Part shown: positions 27,853-38,011 of the stretch, piece by piece | Layout: each line of letters opens with the position of its first letter | Numbering within the stretch: position 1 is the first letter of the stretch | Virus record (IMG/VR): IMGVR_UViG_3300032007_000027 | From: a virus | Lineage: Duplodnaviria; Caudoviricetes | Length of the DNA stretch: 64,000 nt | Reading direction: 5' to 3' (one strand) | Position numbers and translations under genes: made by a program | Notes under the pieces: generated by a model | Seen by the model: the letters and a program-made list of their open reading frames with translations, nothing else | The model's database searches: none | What the model was told of the DNA's origin: nothing

Positions 27853-29739
27853 ATGGCTAACGAACAAAATACAGAAGCTTTAACAAGAAAAAACATGAAT
27901 TTTGAAGTTGGTGATAATGTTGATTTTGTAGTATATGCACAATCAATAGATCACTCATTAACTGATATTTCAGATTGCTTATCAAAAGCTGGTGGTAAAC
28001 CTAAAGAATTTTCTTTAGAACGTTTAAATGATGCAGCGTATAAGCCAAAAGGCAAAGCGAAACCAGAATACATAATAACGTATAAAGATGATCCAAATAC
28101 AATTCTTGTTATAGAGTGTAAATCAAACATTAAAATGCATTCTTCATCAGAAAACACAACTGATTTTCCTTATCCTAGAGGTTATGCAGTTGATGGCGTT
28201 TTATACTATTCATATTTTCTAAAAGAAAAATTTAATGTTATCGCTGTCGCTGTCAGTGGAAATGAAAAGGCATATAAAGTAAATGAATATTACTGGGTAA
28301 AAGGTCAGCCTAAACCGCTTGAACAAGAACGTACTAGAAACACTTTTCTTACACCTAAAAACTATAAGGATTTAATAGACAATAAGAAACTTGTAAAGAA
28401 GTTTTCTTATATTGAAATCAAAGAAAAAGCTATTGAGTTTAATGAACATCTAAGAAACACTCTTAAAATTGAACCATCAAAGAGAATTATGTTTATTGCT
28501 GGGTGTTTACTTGCATTAAAAGATTCTAGTTTTCAGCAATCGTATTCAAAAGGATTACCAACAAAAATGATAATCCAGCAGATGATACAATCTATTAAAA
28601 ATGTTCTGAGTGAACATAATATCCCTCAAACTAAAATCAACTTAATTACAAAATCATGCAGTTTTATAGAAGATTATAAAGAGATAAACGAAATTGATCC
28701 TCAGTTACAAGGTTCATTATTGTATTTTTTAAAACAGTTGGATTTATGTATTATTCCGATGATTAATGATGATACTAATCATCAAGATAGTTTAGGTCTT
28801 TTCTATCATGAGTTCATAAAATATACTGCTGGTGGTACTGGGAATGAATTAGGAATAGTCTTAACGCCGCCTCACCTATGCGATTTTATGTGTGAATTAG
28901 CAGAGATAAGCAAAAATGACTATGTAATAGATACTTGCTGTGGAACAGGAAGTTTCTTGATTTCAGCAATGAAACATATGTTTGCAAATGCAAACGAAAA
29001 TGAAATATCAGAAATAAAACAAAAGCATTTATACGGTGTAGAAGTAACACCGGATATTTTTGCCATTGCAGTAACAAATATGATTATTAGAGGTGATGGT
29101 CAGTCACATATCTATAACGAAAATTCATTTAATTTATCCAAGGATTTGCTTAAGGATGTTCAATTTAATATTGGATTGATAAATCCTCCGTATTCACAAA
29201 AAGATCATTGTGAACTAGAATTTGTTGAAACAATGCTTAATCTATTATCAGTAAAAGGCAGAGGGGTTGTAGTAGTTCCGATGTCGTGCGCTATCGGTAC
29301 TAAGTTCAAGGAAGTAAGAAAGAGACTGTTTGAAAAACACACTCTCAAAGCAGTGTTCTCAATGCCTGATGATATTTTTTATCCAGTTGGGACTAATGTT
29401 TGCGTAATGGTATGGGAAGCTCATACACCTCATGATTGTTCTAAGAAAACATATTTTGGTTATTACAAGGATGACGGATTTAAGAAGAAAAAGAAACTTG
29501 GTAGAGTTGATTATCAGAACAAGTGGGAATTCATCAAAAAAGAATGGGTCGATAATTACATAGATAAAAAGGTGATTGTCGGTCAAACTACATTAAAAGC
29601 AGTAAAACATTCCGATGAATGGCTTTGCGAAGCTTATATGGATACTGATTATAGTAATTTATCTCAAGATGATTTTCAGCAGACTGTGAATGATTATCTT
29701 GCATGGTTAGTTAAAGAGGATAATGAATATGAATCATAA
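27853..29739 (+). CDS. Type IIB (BcgI alpha-like) restriction-methylase subunit
   Basis: N-terminal PE...IECK nuclease motif; DTCCGTGSFL and NPPY N6-MTase motifs; 628 aa. Confidence 0.82.
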   Translation: MANEQNTEALTRKNMNFEVGDNVDFVVYAQSIDHSLTDISDCLSKAGGKPKEFSLERLNDAAYKPKGKAKPEYIITYKDDPNTILVIECKSNIKMHSSSENTTDFPYPRGYAVDGVLYYSYFLKEKFNVIAVAVSGNEKAYKVNEYYWVKGQPKPLEQERTRNTFLTPKNYKDLIDNKKLVKKFSYIEIKEKAIEFNEHLRNTLKIEPSKRIMFIAGCLLALKDSSFQQSYSKGLPTKMIIQQMIQSIKNVLSEHNIPQTKINLITKSCSFIEDYKEINEIDPQLQGSLLYFLKQLDLCIIPMINDDTNHQDSLGLFYHEFIKYTAGGTGNELGIVLTPPHLCDFMCELAEISKNDYVIDTCCGTGSFLISAMKHMFANANENEISEIKQKHLYGVEVTPDIFAIAVTNMIIRGDGQSHIYNENSFNLSKDLLKDVQFNIGLINPPYSQKDHCELEFVETMLNLLSVKGRGVVVVPMSCAIGTKFKEVRKRLFEKHTLKAVFSMPDDIFYPVGTNVCVMVWEAHTPHDCSKKTYFGYYKDDGFKKKKKLGRVDYQNKWEFIKKEWVDNYIDKKVIVGQTTLKAVKHSDEWLCEAYMDTDYSNLSQDDFQQTVNDYLAWLVKEDNEYES

Positions 29740-30733
29740 AACAAGACTGTTCAAAATCAGTGATTTATTCATTATAAAATACGGTGTAAATTTGGAATTA
29801 TGCAATTGCGAAGAATGTGATAAAAACGATGTTGATGCTGTAAATTTTGTTTCTAGGACTTCTATGAATAATGGTGTATCTGGATACGTTAAACGAATAG
29901 ATGAGATTGAGCCTCAATCTAGTGGTTTAATCACGCTTGCTGGCGGTGGTAGCGTTTTATCTACTTTTTTGCAAACCAAACCTTTTTACAGTGGGAGAGA
30001 TCTATATACATTAGAATCCATAACTAATATATCTAATGAGTGTAAGTTATATATCATAACTCTTATCAAAGCAAATCGTTATAGATATGCTTACGGTAGA
30101 CAAGCAAATAAAACCTTTCCAAACCTTGAAATTGAATTGCCTATTGATGATTCTAACCGTATTGATTGGCAATACATGGAAGACTATATTAAGTCATTAC
30201 ATCACAAACCATTAACTACAAAGAATAAAGCAGACAACGTTTCTGGTTTTGATGTAAAGAATTGGAAAGATTTTAAGTTATCTGATTTATTTAAAATAAG
30301 TGGTTCAAAAACAACTCCTTTGGAACAACTAGAAGAATATGGTGTAGGAAAATATCCTTATGTAACTACACAAGCCGTAAATAATGGTATAGAAAATTTT
30401 TATAATTACTATACAGAAGACGGGAACTGTATAACAGTTGACTCTGCTGTATTGGGTTATTGTGCATATCAAGAAACAAACTTTTCTGCATCAGATCATG
30501 TTGAAATTTTAAGACCGCAATCAAAATTTAATAAGTATATCGGTTTGTTTATCGTTACTATCTTAAATAAAGAACAATATAGGTACTCATACGGCAGAAA
30601 ATGCAGTCAAACCAAACTTAAAAATACAATAATCAAACTTCCAGTAATAACAAAAGAAGACGGAACATATGAACCTGATTGGGAATACATGGAAAATTAC
30701 ATAAAATCCCTTCCATATGGTGAACGGATATAA
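29723..30733 (+). CDS. R-M specificity subunit (BcgI beta / HsdS-like)
   Basis: Two TRD repeats, each ending LP...DW.YME.YIKSL. Confidence 0.85.
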   Translation: MNMNHKTRLFKISDLFIIKYGVNLELCNCEECDKNDVDAVNFVSRTSMNNGVSGYVKRIDEIEPQSSGLITLAGGGSVLSTFLQTKPFYSGRDLYTLESITNISNECKLYIITLIKANRYRYAYGRQANKTFPNLEIELPIDDSNRIDWQYMEDYIKSLHHKPLTTKNKADNVSGFDVKNWKDFKLSDLFKISGSKTTPLEQLEEYGVGKYPYVTTQAVNNGIENFYNYYTEDGNCITVDSAVLGYCAYQETNFSASDHVEILRPQSKFNKYIGLFIVTILNKEQYRYSYGRKCSQTKLKNTIIKLPVITKEDGTYEPDWEYMENYIKSLPYGERI

Positions 30734-30756
30734 TTCCCAAATCCTTTAACTCATTT

Positions 30757-30799
30757 TAAAATAACCCCCGAATGTTGAAAAACATTCGGGGGTTATTTT
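30757..30799 (+). terminator. intrinsic terminator
   Basis: AAATAACCCCCGAATGTT...AACATTCGGGGGTTATTT hairpin. Confidence 0.75.
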
Positions 30800-30933
30800 A
30801 TGTGGTTGTAAACTCATATCAATACACCTTTACAACATAGCTAAAAAAAATAATTTTTTGTATAAATACTATATATAATAATAACTATAATAATAAAAAT
30901 ATTAAAAATCTTATATAAAAAGGAATAATAATT

Positions 30934-32066
30934 ATGATTTTAACAAACTCTGGTGTTCTAAAATTGATGCAGCGCATAAAAAGTTTTATAACAGCACAAT
31001 TAAATACAAAAGCTAGTTCAGTTCATACCCATTCTATCTCTGAAATTGACAATTTAGCATCTCAATTGGTGGGGGGGGGGGGTACACTAAAAGTGAAGTT
31101 GATACCCTTTTAAATGGCTATATCCCTAAAGTGGGGGGGGGGGTGTTAAATGGGCGAACATATTCACGTACAGTTGATAATGATTATTTAGTCATAAATG
31201 GCTCTTCTACCGAAAATAATGGGGCTTTTCTTAGACTCCATGGTAAAAATTATGATGATACACCATATGCTGGAACAGTTCTCATTCGAGCAAAAGATAA
31301 TTCAAATGTTTTTGATTTACTTTTAAAACCAGACGGCACTGCAACTTGGGGTAATAAAAACCTAGCTATGCAAGAAGATGTTGTTCCGAGAAGTGGTGGA
31401 TATACATTAAGGGGTGAATATTTAGGTAGAACTGACAATAATCGCAATTTTGATATATGCGGTGGAAATTTGGTATCCAGTAGCGCAACTCTTTCGCTAC
31501 ATGGTGGGGAACGCTCGCAAAATCCCGGTAACTTCTATTTACATGCAAGAACTGCAAATGCAGACAAGGTAATAGTAGGCTACCCTAACGGCACTCTAAC
31601 ATGGAATGGTCAGGCTATGCAAACTACATCAGACCAACGTTTAAAACAACAAATCACTGAAATTGATGATAAACTTCTTGATGCTTGGAAAGATGTAGAA
31701 CTAAGCCAATTCAAGTATAATGACGCTGTTAATCAAAAAGGAACTAAAGCTAGACTTCATACCGGTTATGTAGTTCAACAGATTGACGAAGCGTGTAAAT
31801 CTCATAATGTTGATATTTCCGATTATGGATTATACTGTCATGAAGATTATCCTGAGGAAACTGAGGAAGTTGAAGTTACTCAAGATGATGGTACAACAAA
31901 GAAAGAAACAAGGGTTATAAGAGAATCATCTGAGCATTACAGTTTAAGATACACAGAAGTTTATGCGGTTGAATGCGCCTACCTAAGACGTGAAGTATCA
32001 AGGCTTAAACAGCAAAATGAAAACTTTGAACAACGTTTGAAAATGCTTGAACAATCTGTCAAGTAA
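30934..32066 (+). CDS. tail fibre / RBP 2 with S74 chaperone, frameshifted at G12
   Basis: N-terminus paralogous to 21724; G12 (31071-82) out of frame, G11 (31133-43) in frame. Confidence 0.8.
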
Positions 32067-32267
32067 TTTTTAATAAATCTGTGACATACGTCACAGATTT
32101 TTTAATCTTTTTTGAAATAACACTCAGTACTTGTTCCCACTTTGCAATCAATTGAATAATGCTCATAAACAGAAAGCCTGCCTTGGGTATACCCAAAAGC
32201 AAAAACTAATATTGCAATAATAATGAGTGCTACTAATTTTAGAAGTATTTTCATATCATCATCCATT

Positions 32268-32753
32268 TTAATCCTCTACAATGCTTAAAGGGTTGTGAAT
32301 AACGTGGCTTTTAATGCTATCACGTATCATTTCATTTTTTAAAAGTTTACTAAGAACTTTTTTCAAATTCTTGATTTTGCTCAAAATCTTATCTTCCATG
32401 ATTTCAAGAACAAAATCATATTCATCTTCAGGATTAACAATAGCAATATCAGACATTACAGCATGGCTGCCATCGGGCATGATTTTATCATAGTTTTCAA
32501 GCATACATAATGCATCAACGTTGCCGATGTTATTTAAATGTTCCTGTTCTTCTGCATCACAGTCAAGTTCTAACATATAGTTCATACACTCAACACATGC
32601 CTTACACTCTGAGCCGCTATCGAATAATATGCATGGTTTATCTGTATGCTCGAACAATTTGTTTATAATATGTATATATGCAAATGCCGGTAATCTTGCA
32701 ATTTCATCGGTAGTTACAATATGATAGAATTTATCAAGTAAAGTAGTATGCAT
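32268..32753 (-). CDS. hypothetical protein, paralogue family 1
   Basis: LLDKFYHIVTT motif. Confidence 0.7.
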   Translation of the reverse strand: MHTTLLDKFYHIVTTDEIARLPAFAYIHIINKLFEHTDKPCILFDSGSECKACVECMNYMLELDCDAEEQEHLNNIGNVDALCMLENYDKIMPDGSHAVMSDIAIVNPEDEYDFVLEIMEDKILSKIKNLKKVLSKLLKNEMIRDSIKSHVIHNPLSIVED

Positions 32754-32765
32754 AGTTAAAATCCT

Positions 32766-33362
32766 TTAAAGTGAATCATCATCAATAAATAAATCATCAA
32801 TAACATCATCAATGACTATATCTTCAACCTCATATTTTTTAATAAATGCTTTAACATCTCTATCTTGTAATAATCTTTTTAAAACTTTTCTTAGATTTAT
32901 ATTATTATTATCTATTATCATATCATCAAGGATTTTCATCATGAAATCATAATCTGCATATTCATCATCACATGAATTAACATCAAGATTAACCGTACAC
33001 CCATCATCATTCATTGTTATTGTGAGCATACATGCATTATTTTTGATATTTTCAGAATGATCAATCAATTCGTTAAAATCAATGGCATTCTCAGTTTTTG
33101 AGTTCATTGAATCGATAAATTGTTTGCAATTATCTACATTTGGGAATACAAAATACTTGATTTTTTCAGTGCCGATTTTTTCAAGTAATAAATTCAAAAT
33201 GTTTGCTGCAAGTCCGAGTTCCATATTACATATTTCACCTGTTAACAATATATAATGAAACTTATCAGTCAGTGAATTAAATTCCATACAACGTTCCTCA
33301 TATTTATTTTTTAGTTCAGTTATCAAGTTCAAATAATGTATTATACATATAATTAAAATCAT
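32766..33362 (-). CDS. hypothetical protein, paralogue family 1 (start probably at MEFNSL)
   Basis: SLTDKFHYILLT motif. Confidence 0.7.
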   Translation of the reverse strand: MILIICIIHYLNLITELKNKYEERCMEFNSLTDKFHYILLTGEICNMELGLAANILNLLLEKIGTEKIKYFVFPNVDNCKQFIDSMNSKTENAIDFNELIDHSENIKNNACMLTITMNDDGCTVNLDVNSCDDEYADYDFMMKILDDMIIDNNNINLRKVLKRLLQDRDVKAFIKKYEVEDIVIDDVIDDLFIDDDSL

Positions 33363-33370
33363 TAAAAATA

Positions 33371-33826
33371 TTATATATCATATTTTTTAATGAATGATTT
33401 AATATTATGATCTTGCAATAAAGTTTTTAAAATTTTTCTTAGATTTATATTCTTATCGATAACTCGATCTTTGATAATATATTGTAAAAATTTTACAGTA
33501 TCATTTCCATTTGGATTAACTTCTAATTGTACTGTGAAATGTTCATCATCTTTGCACATTGACAGTATACAAGCATTGTTTTGAACATCATCACTATCGT
33601 TTAGCAGTTCATAAAAATTGATGGCAGTTTCGCATTGTGAATTCATCAAATCAATGAACTCTCTGCACTTGTTCACAGTTGGAAATAACATGTAGTTTGA
33701 ATTTTTATCTGCAGTATCCATATATATTGATGCTACTATATTAATTGCTAGTTCGAGTTCTATATTATACAATTCATTTGTTGTTAATATATAATAAAAC
33801 TTATCTGTCAATGATTTAAATTCCAT
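33371..33826 (-). CDS. hypothetical protein, paralogue family 1
   Basis: SLTDKFYYILTT motif. Confidence 0.7.
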   Translation of the reverse strand: MEFKSLTDKFYYILTTNELYNIELELAINIVASIYMDTADKNSNYMLFPTVNKCREFIDLMNSQCETAINFYELLNDSDDVQNNACILSMCKDDEHFTVQLEVNPNGNDTVKFLQYIIKDRVIDKNINLRKILKTLLQDHNIKSFIKKYDI

Positions 33827-33844
33827 ACTCTTTACACTCCATAT

Positions 33845-34366
33845 CTATAAATATTCTAAAATCTCAAAACCATTTGCATATATTGATTTTTTAGTTCCAT
33901 CATCGAGATAAAACCATCTACCTTTGATTAACCCGATGCTTTCATACTCTTTAGGTCGTATTTTACTGTTTTTATTTGCCCTTGACCATATTAAGTATTT
34001 ACAACGTGCCTTTTTGCCTTGTTCTTCTTGCTTTTGTTTAATTTCCTTTGCTTTATTCTCTTTATGCCGTTTGGCAAAGTTCTTAAACTCATTTATATCA
34101 AAGCTTTCAGGTTCAAAATAAACTTCATAATAATCCGTTTGACGGAAATATTTGCCGGTATGATGCCATTCACCAAAACTTTTCAAAAAGTAATCACGTA
34201 AAACCGAAAGTGATTCACTGGATATGATTGATAATTGTTCTTCCGTTGCACCTAAAGATTTAAGACCTTTTGAAATCATCTCTTTTGTGAATCTTGATTT
34301 TGGGTATCTACCCTCTTTTTCTGCATGAACGGCTCTTACAGATTTCCGATTACCAACATAACCCAT
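33845..34366 (-). CDS. hypothetical basic protein (EWHHTGK motif)
   Basis: 173-aa ORF with RBS. Confidence 0.7.
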   Translation of the reverse strand: MGYVGNRKSVRAVHAEKEGRYPKSRFTKEMISKGLKSLGATEEQLSIISSESLSVLRDYFLKSFGEWHHTGKYFRQTDYYEVYFEPESFDINEFKNFAKRHKENKAKEIKQKQEEQGKKARCKYLIWSRANKNSKIRPKEYESIGLIKGRWFYLDDGTKKSIYANGFEILEYL

Positions 34367-34376
34367 ATCCCACCCC

Positions 34377-34622
34377 CTAGCAAGCTTGGATTGTTACTTC
34401 CTGTTCTTCTTTTTCTGAAAGATTTGCAAGACGGTAGATTTCCGTCAAAAGGTTCTTAATATTACCGGTCTTATAGAGTCCTGAAAAATCTTCCCCACGG
34501 ATGCAGTACATTCCGTATTCAATATGAAACTTTTTAGAAAGTTTTTCAATCTCTTCAGTTGCTTTGTTCTTGTTTGTAGTAATCATTAATAAATCCATAG
34601 TCTTTTCCTTATTTCCGGTCAA
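34377..34622 (-). CDS. hypothetical protein
   Basis: ORF in the early cluster. Confidence 0.55.
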   Translation of the reverse strand: MTGNKEKTMDLLMITTNKNKATEEIEKLSKKFHIEYGMYCIRGEDFSGLYKTGNIKNLLTEIYRLANLSEKEEQEVTIQAC

Positions 34623-34692
34623 AAATATTCAATTTTTCATGCTGTACAGAGCATTAAAATCTCAATCAACTCCGTACAGCACGTATCATTTA

Positions 34693-35034
34693 TTAATCAT
34701 CATAGTAACGGTCATCATGCTTGAGGGAATCTTCATAAACCCCATCTTCAACGTACTGACAGTATTCATCGAAATACCGGTTAAAGAATTCATCTGACCT
34801 GTTATCCTCTGTCTGCATCTTTTCATCAAGGAAAGCATCCCATTTTTCAGGGTTTTCACCGTTATTGCTGATTGTATTGTACTGATCATCGTACTTCTCA
34901 TCAAGAAACTCACGGAATTTATCATCATCGTAAAAACATTCCGCATAGTCGCTTTCAAAACCTTCTTCGATAATACAAGCGGCGATCTCTGGTACTGGAT
35001 CTTCTGCATCCGGTTCAATATCCCAATCTAACAT
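34693..35034 (-). CDS. very acidic protein, paralogue family 2
   Basis: AAGGAG RBS; shares LDEKYD.QYN.I.NNGE...TEDNRSDEFF with the neighbour. Confidence 0.75.
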   Translation of the reverse strand: MLDWDIEPDAEDPVPEIAACIIEEGFESDYAECFYDDDKFREFLDEKYDDQYNTISNNGENPEKWDAFLDEKMQTEDNRSDEFFNRYFDEYCQYVEDGVYEDSLKHDDRYYDD

Positions 35035-35068
35035 ATCTTTATCTCCTTAATAACTTTTGCATTCTGCT

Positions 35069-35386
35069 TTAAAATTCTTCTTCATAATCATCTTCATCAT
35101 CGCCCAGTAAAGCATCATAAAGAAAATCCTCATACTCGGTTTTATAATGATCAAAGAATTCGTCAGAACGATTGTCTTCTGTTTTTGCTTTCTCATTAAG
35201 GTAATCATGCCATTTTTCAGCATGTTCACCGTTATTTGTGATTTTGTTGTACTGATTGTCATATTTTTCATCAAGATATGACATGAATCTGTCTTCGTCA
35301 TAAAATTCTTCTGCAAGACCTGATTCAAACCCGTCTTGCATTATACATTTTACAATACCGTCAACATCGTCATTTTCGTCAATCAT
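35069..35386 (-). CDS. very acidic protein, paralogue family 2
   Basis: About one third Asp/Glu. Confidence 0.75.
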   Translation of the reverse strand: MIDENDDVDGIVKCIMQDGFESGLAEEFYDEDRFMSYLDEKYDNQYNKITNNGEHAEKWHDYLNEKAKTEDNRSDEFFDHYKTEYEDFLYDALLGDDEDDYEEEF

Positions 35387-35398
35387 AATATATTCTCC

Positions 35399-35773
35399 TT
35401 AAAAAGCGTTTAAATCCATGTGTCGAAAGTTTTCGGTAGCATTTGGGCATTTATCCATTGCAGCCTTAACAATGAGTTCTAACTCTGTTTGCGGCAAATT
35501 GAGCAATGCAATTGCACTGAATAAGCTGTAAGCCTTTTCTAAACCGTAATGACGCTTGCCATAATAGAAGTTTCGTTCAGCCCATGGCTTATTGATGTTG
35601 CTGATTTCGTATTCCTTGCCGTCAACCCAGATGTAACAGTTAATTCTACCGTCTTGGAAACCTACATTTTCCGGGGTGATAACGTATTGCTTGCCGTTGA
35701 TTTCAACCTCATAGCATCTCTTATGCATGTTCCAATATTCTTCAGTATCAGCGTGTTTGTTATATTCTTTCAT
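35399..35773 (-). CDS. hypothetical early protein
   Basis: Behind TTGACA-17-TATACT at 35807-35835. Confidence 0.7.
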   Translation of the reverse strand: MKEYNKHADTEEYWNMHKRCYEVEINGKQYVITPENVGFQDGRINCYIWVDGKEYEISNINKPWAERNFYYGKRHYGLEKAYSLFSAIALLNLPQTELELIVKAAMDKCPNATENFRHMDLNAF

Positions 35774-35854
35774 TTTTCAAATCCTCTCTCAATTTTCGAT
35801 ACACTTAGTATATTACAATAAAATTCATTTGTCAAGTACTTTTTTCAATTATTT

Positions 35855-36082
35855 TCAATTATTTTCTATGTGCCATTCAAGTTCCTCAATCTTTTTCTTT
35901 TCAACCTGCTTCGAATCCTTTGTACCCTTATAAAATGATACTAATTTTGCAATTTCAGCTTTCGGTACACCGGAAACGTTTGCATCTGCAGTCATTTCAA
36001 GCCATGTGATAACAATTTCGAGTTCCTTTATATCATCCTCAACGGCATTCTTGTATCGTTGAAATTCGGTTTTAAAATTCAT
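35855..36082 (-). CDS. hypothetical protein
   Basis: Coupled ORF. Confidence 0.6.
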   Translation of the reverse strand: MNFKTEFQRYKNAVEDDIKELEIVITWLEMTADANVSGVPKAEIAKLVSFYKGTKDSKQVEKKKIEELEWHIENN

Positions 36083-36267
36083 TTTGACTCCAAAATCTTT
36101 AGACTTTCTAATAACAGTTCATTATACGATAAACTCTCAACCTTTGAGATATACTCTACAATCTCTTTCTTGCTGCAAGTATGGGTCATAAAGTTAATTG
36201 TAAAACTTATCACATCCCATGCTTTTCCCAAGATGGGTTCTAAATCATTACTCATCATCGCACTCAT
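36079..36267 (-). CDS. hypothetical protein
   Basis: Coupled ORF. Confidence 0.55.
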   Translation of the reverse strand: MSAMMSNDLEPILGKAWDVISFTINFMTHTCSKKEIVEYISKVESLSYNELLLESLKILESK

Positions 36268-36571
36268 TATCTTCTTCCTCTATGTAGTTATTGATGTAAT
36301 CTACAAGCCAAACCCAGCCCATCGGGCGATATTCGATACGTTTTAAATGGTTCACAAAACCGTTTTCAACTTTAATCACAATATCAGTTCTTTCAAGACC
36401 TGTTTCAACCACATCAAAATCTGTGAATTCTGTATTTTTATTTGTGAAAAATCCAACTTCTTTCGCCCATTCGTTCATGTCTTTTAACAATTCTTCCTTA
36501 TTGTCGTATGAAATACCCATAAGAACAATTACGTGATGGTCTTTAATATTATATAATTCTTCAATTTTCAT
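36248..36571 (-). CDS. hypothetical protein
   Basis: RBS, coupled ORF. Confidence 0.6.
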   Translation of the reverse strand: MKIEELYNIKDHHVIVLMGISYDNKEELLKDMNEWAKEVGFFTNKNTEFTDFDVVETGLERTDIVIKVENGFVNHLKRIEYRPMGWVWLVDYINNYIEEEDNECDDE

Positions 36572-36583
36572 AATTCAAATTCC

Positions 36584-36868
36584 TTAATACATTTCAGTCA
36601 CAGTACAATCAACAATATCATTCAAAGTCACACATACCAAGAACCCTGCATCCTCTGCAGAAAATGCTTTAACGGTTTTTACGCATGGATATCCGTTATG
36701 CTTATAATCAACACAGTAGTTGCGTTCTTTCTGTGTCGAAATGTGAATATATCCTAATTCCTTGCATTTTGCCTTGACATGGGTAGCTTCTGCAAGGGTT
36801 CTTGCAATATAAGAATGTGGTACATTCTTATCATTTGCTGTAGGGATTAAATAATTGACTTTGTACAT
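36584..36868 (-). CDS. hypothetical protein
   Basis: First gene after promoter TTGACT-17-TACTAT (36903-36931). Confidence 0.6.
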   Translation of the reverse strand: MYKVNYLIPTANDKNVPHSYIARTLAEATHVKAKCKELGYIHISTQKERNYCVDYKHNGYPCVKTVKAFSAEDAGFLVCVTLNDIVDCTVTEMY

Positions 36869-36991
36869 AATTTTCGCCTTTTGTTGTTTGATTTATGGCT
36901 ATATAGTATTATAAAAATTATTAAAAGTCAAGTATTTTCTAAAAGAAAAACCGTGATATATATCACGGTTTGAAATATCGATGTTATAAAT

Positions 36992-37455
36992 GGTTAAAAA
37001 AGACCCCAAACATGCAATAAACTTTTGCGATTCTTAAATAGTTTATTGATACTTTGAACCCTTTTTAGGACTCTGTAACAGTTCAGAACCTAGTTCTAAA
37101 GGTTTACAACTGATTAAAAAGTAATCAAAACCTTTCAAACATGCAATAAACTTTTGTGATTCTTAAATAGTTTATTGATACTTTGAGCATCTTTTAAGAC
37201 TCTGTAACAGTTCAGAACCTAGTTCTAAAGGTTTACAACTGATTAAAAAGTAATCAAAACCTTTCAAACATGCAATAAACCTTTGAGGATTCTAAATAGT
37301 TTATTGATACTTTGAACCCTTTTTAGGACTCTGTAACAGTTAAGAACCTAGTTCTAAGATGATTACAAGTGGTTAAAATCAGTCAAACACCCCCCAAACA
37401 TGCAATAAACTTTTACCAAATCCAAATAGTTTATCGCTATTTTGAGCATGTTTTG
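36992..37455 (-). repeat. array C of the ~128-bp repeat (inverted relative to A and B)
   Basis: 3 units plus a partial unit. Confidence 0.9.
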
Positions 37456-37600
37456 ATATGCAAAACATTCAAAAACTGCTTGCACATGCAAGAAAACCGT
37501 TGTACAATGCTCATGAATACCAATATTGTGTGCAACCCCGTCATTTGATTTATTTGATGGGGTTTTTCATTATATAAATACAATAAAAAGGCTTTTTGCT

Positions 37601-37807
37601 ATGGTTTCAGAAAAAGAATTACTTGAAATGTTTAATAAGTTTCCCGAAGTGCCGGAGAGATTTAAGGAACATTTAAAATCGCAAATCAAATGGTACACTT
37701 TAAATGGTGAACGATTTACCTATCGAACATGGCTTGAAACCATAAAGATTGAATGTGAAAAGTATCAAGACTGCAAACACGGTTTGTATGAAGTATTCTG
37801 GAAATGA
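37601..37807 (+). CDS. hypothetical protein (MVSEKELL...)
   Basis: Late promoter at 37573-37580; ATG at about 37602. Confidence 0.5.
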   Translation: MVSEKELLEMFNKFPEVPERFKEHLKSQIKWYTLNGERFTYRTWLETIKIECEKYQDCKHGLYEVFWK

Positions 37808-38011
37808 AGTTGTCGGAAATTCCGACATGTTCAAAAGGGGGTCAAAATGTTGAAATACACCTTTTTAGTGTTTTTGGATTAACATTTTCAGATGTTTTGA
37901 TGTTTGAAATTGCAATTTTTGTTGTTTTGAACATCATTTATTTGATATTTTTTAATAAATATTAATATATTATTATATATAATAAGTAAAAATTTTTTTT
38001 GAGAAAAAATT

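Larger units (their letters stand above)
26405..30842 (+). mobile_element. IS1595-family transposon with passenger R-M genes
   Basis: Perfect 34-bp TIR AGCTATGTTGTAAAGGTGTATTGATATGAGTTTA; A-run on both flanks. Confidence 0.9.

Noticed and set aside
21724-32066. Diversity-generating retroelement or invertase shufflon acting on the fibre genes
   Set aside because: No reverse transcriptase or invertase, no adenine-specific TR/VR pair seen, and the genes are in direct orientation
34686-35328. Met-rich alternative-frame ORFs 34686-35018 and 35047-35328
   Set aside because: Shadow frames of GAT/GAA-rich acidic genes, which have the RBSs
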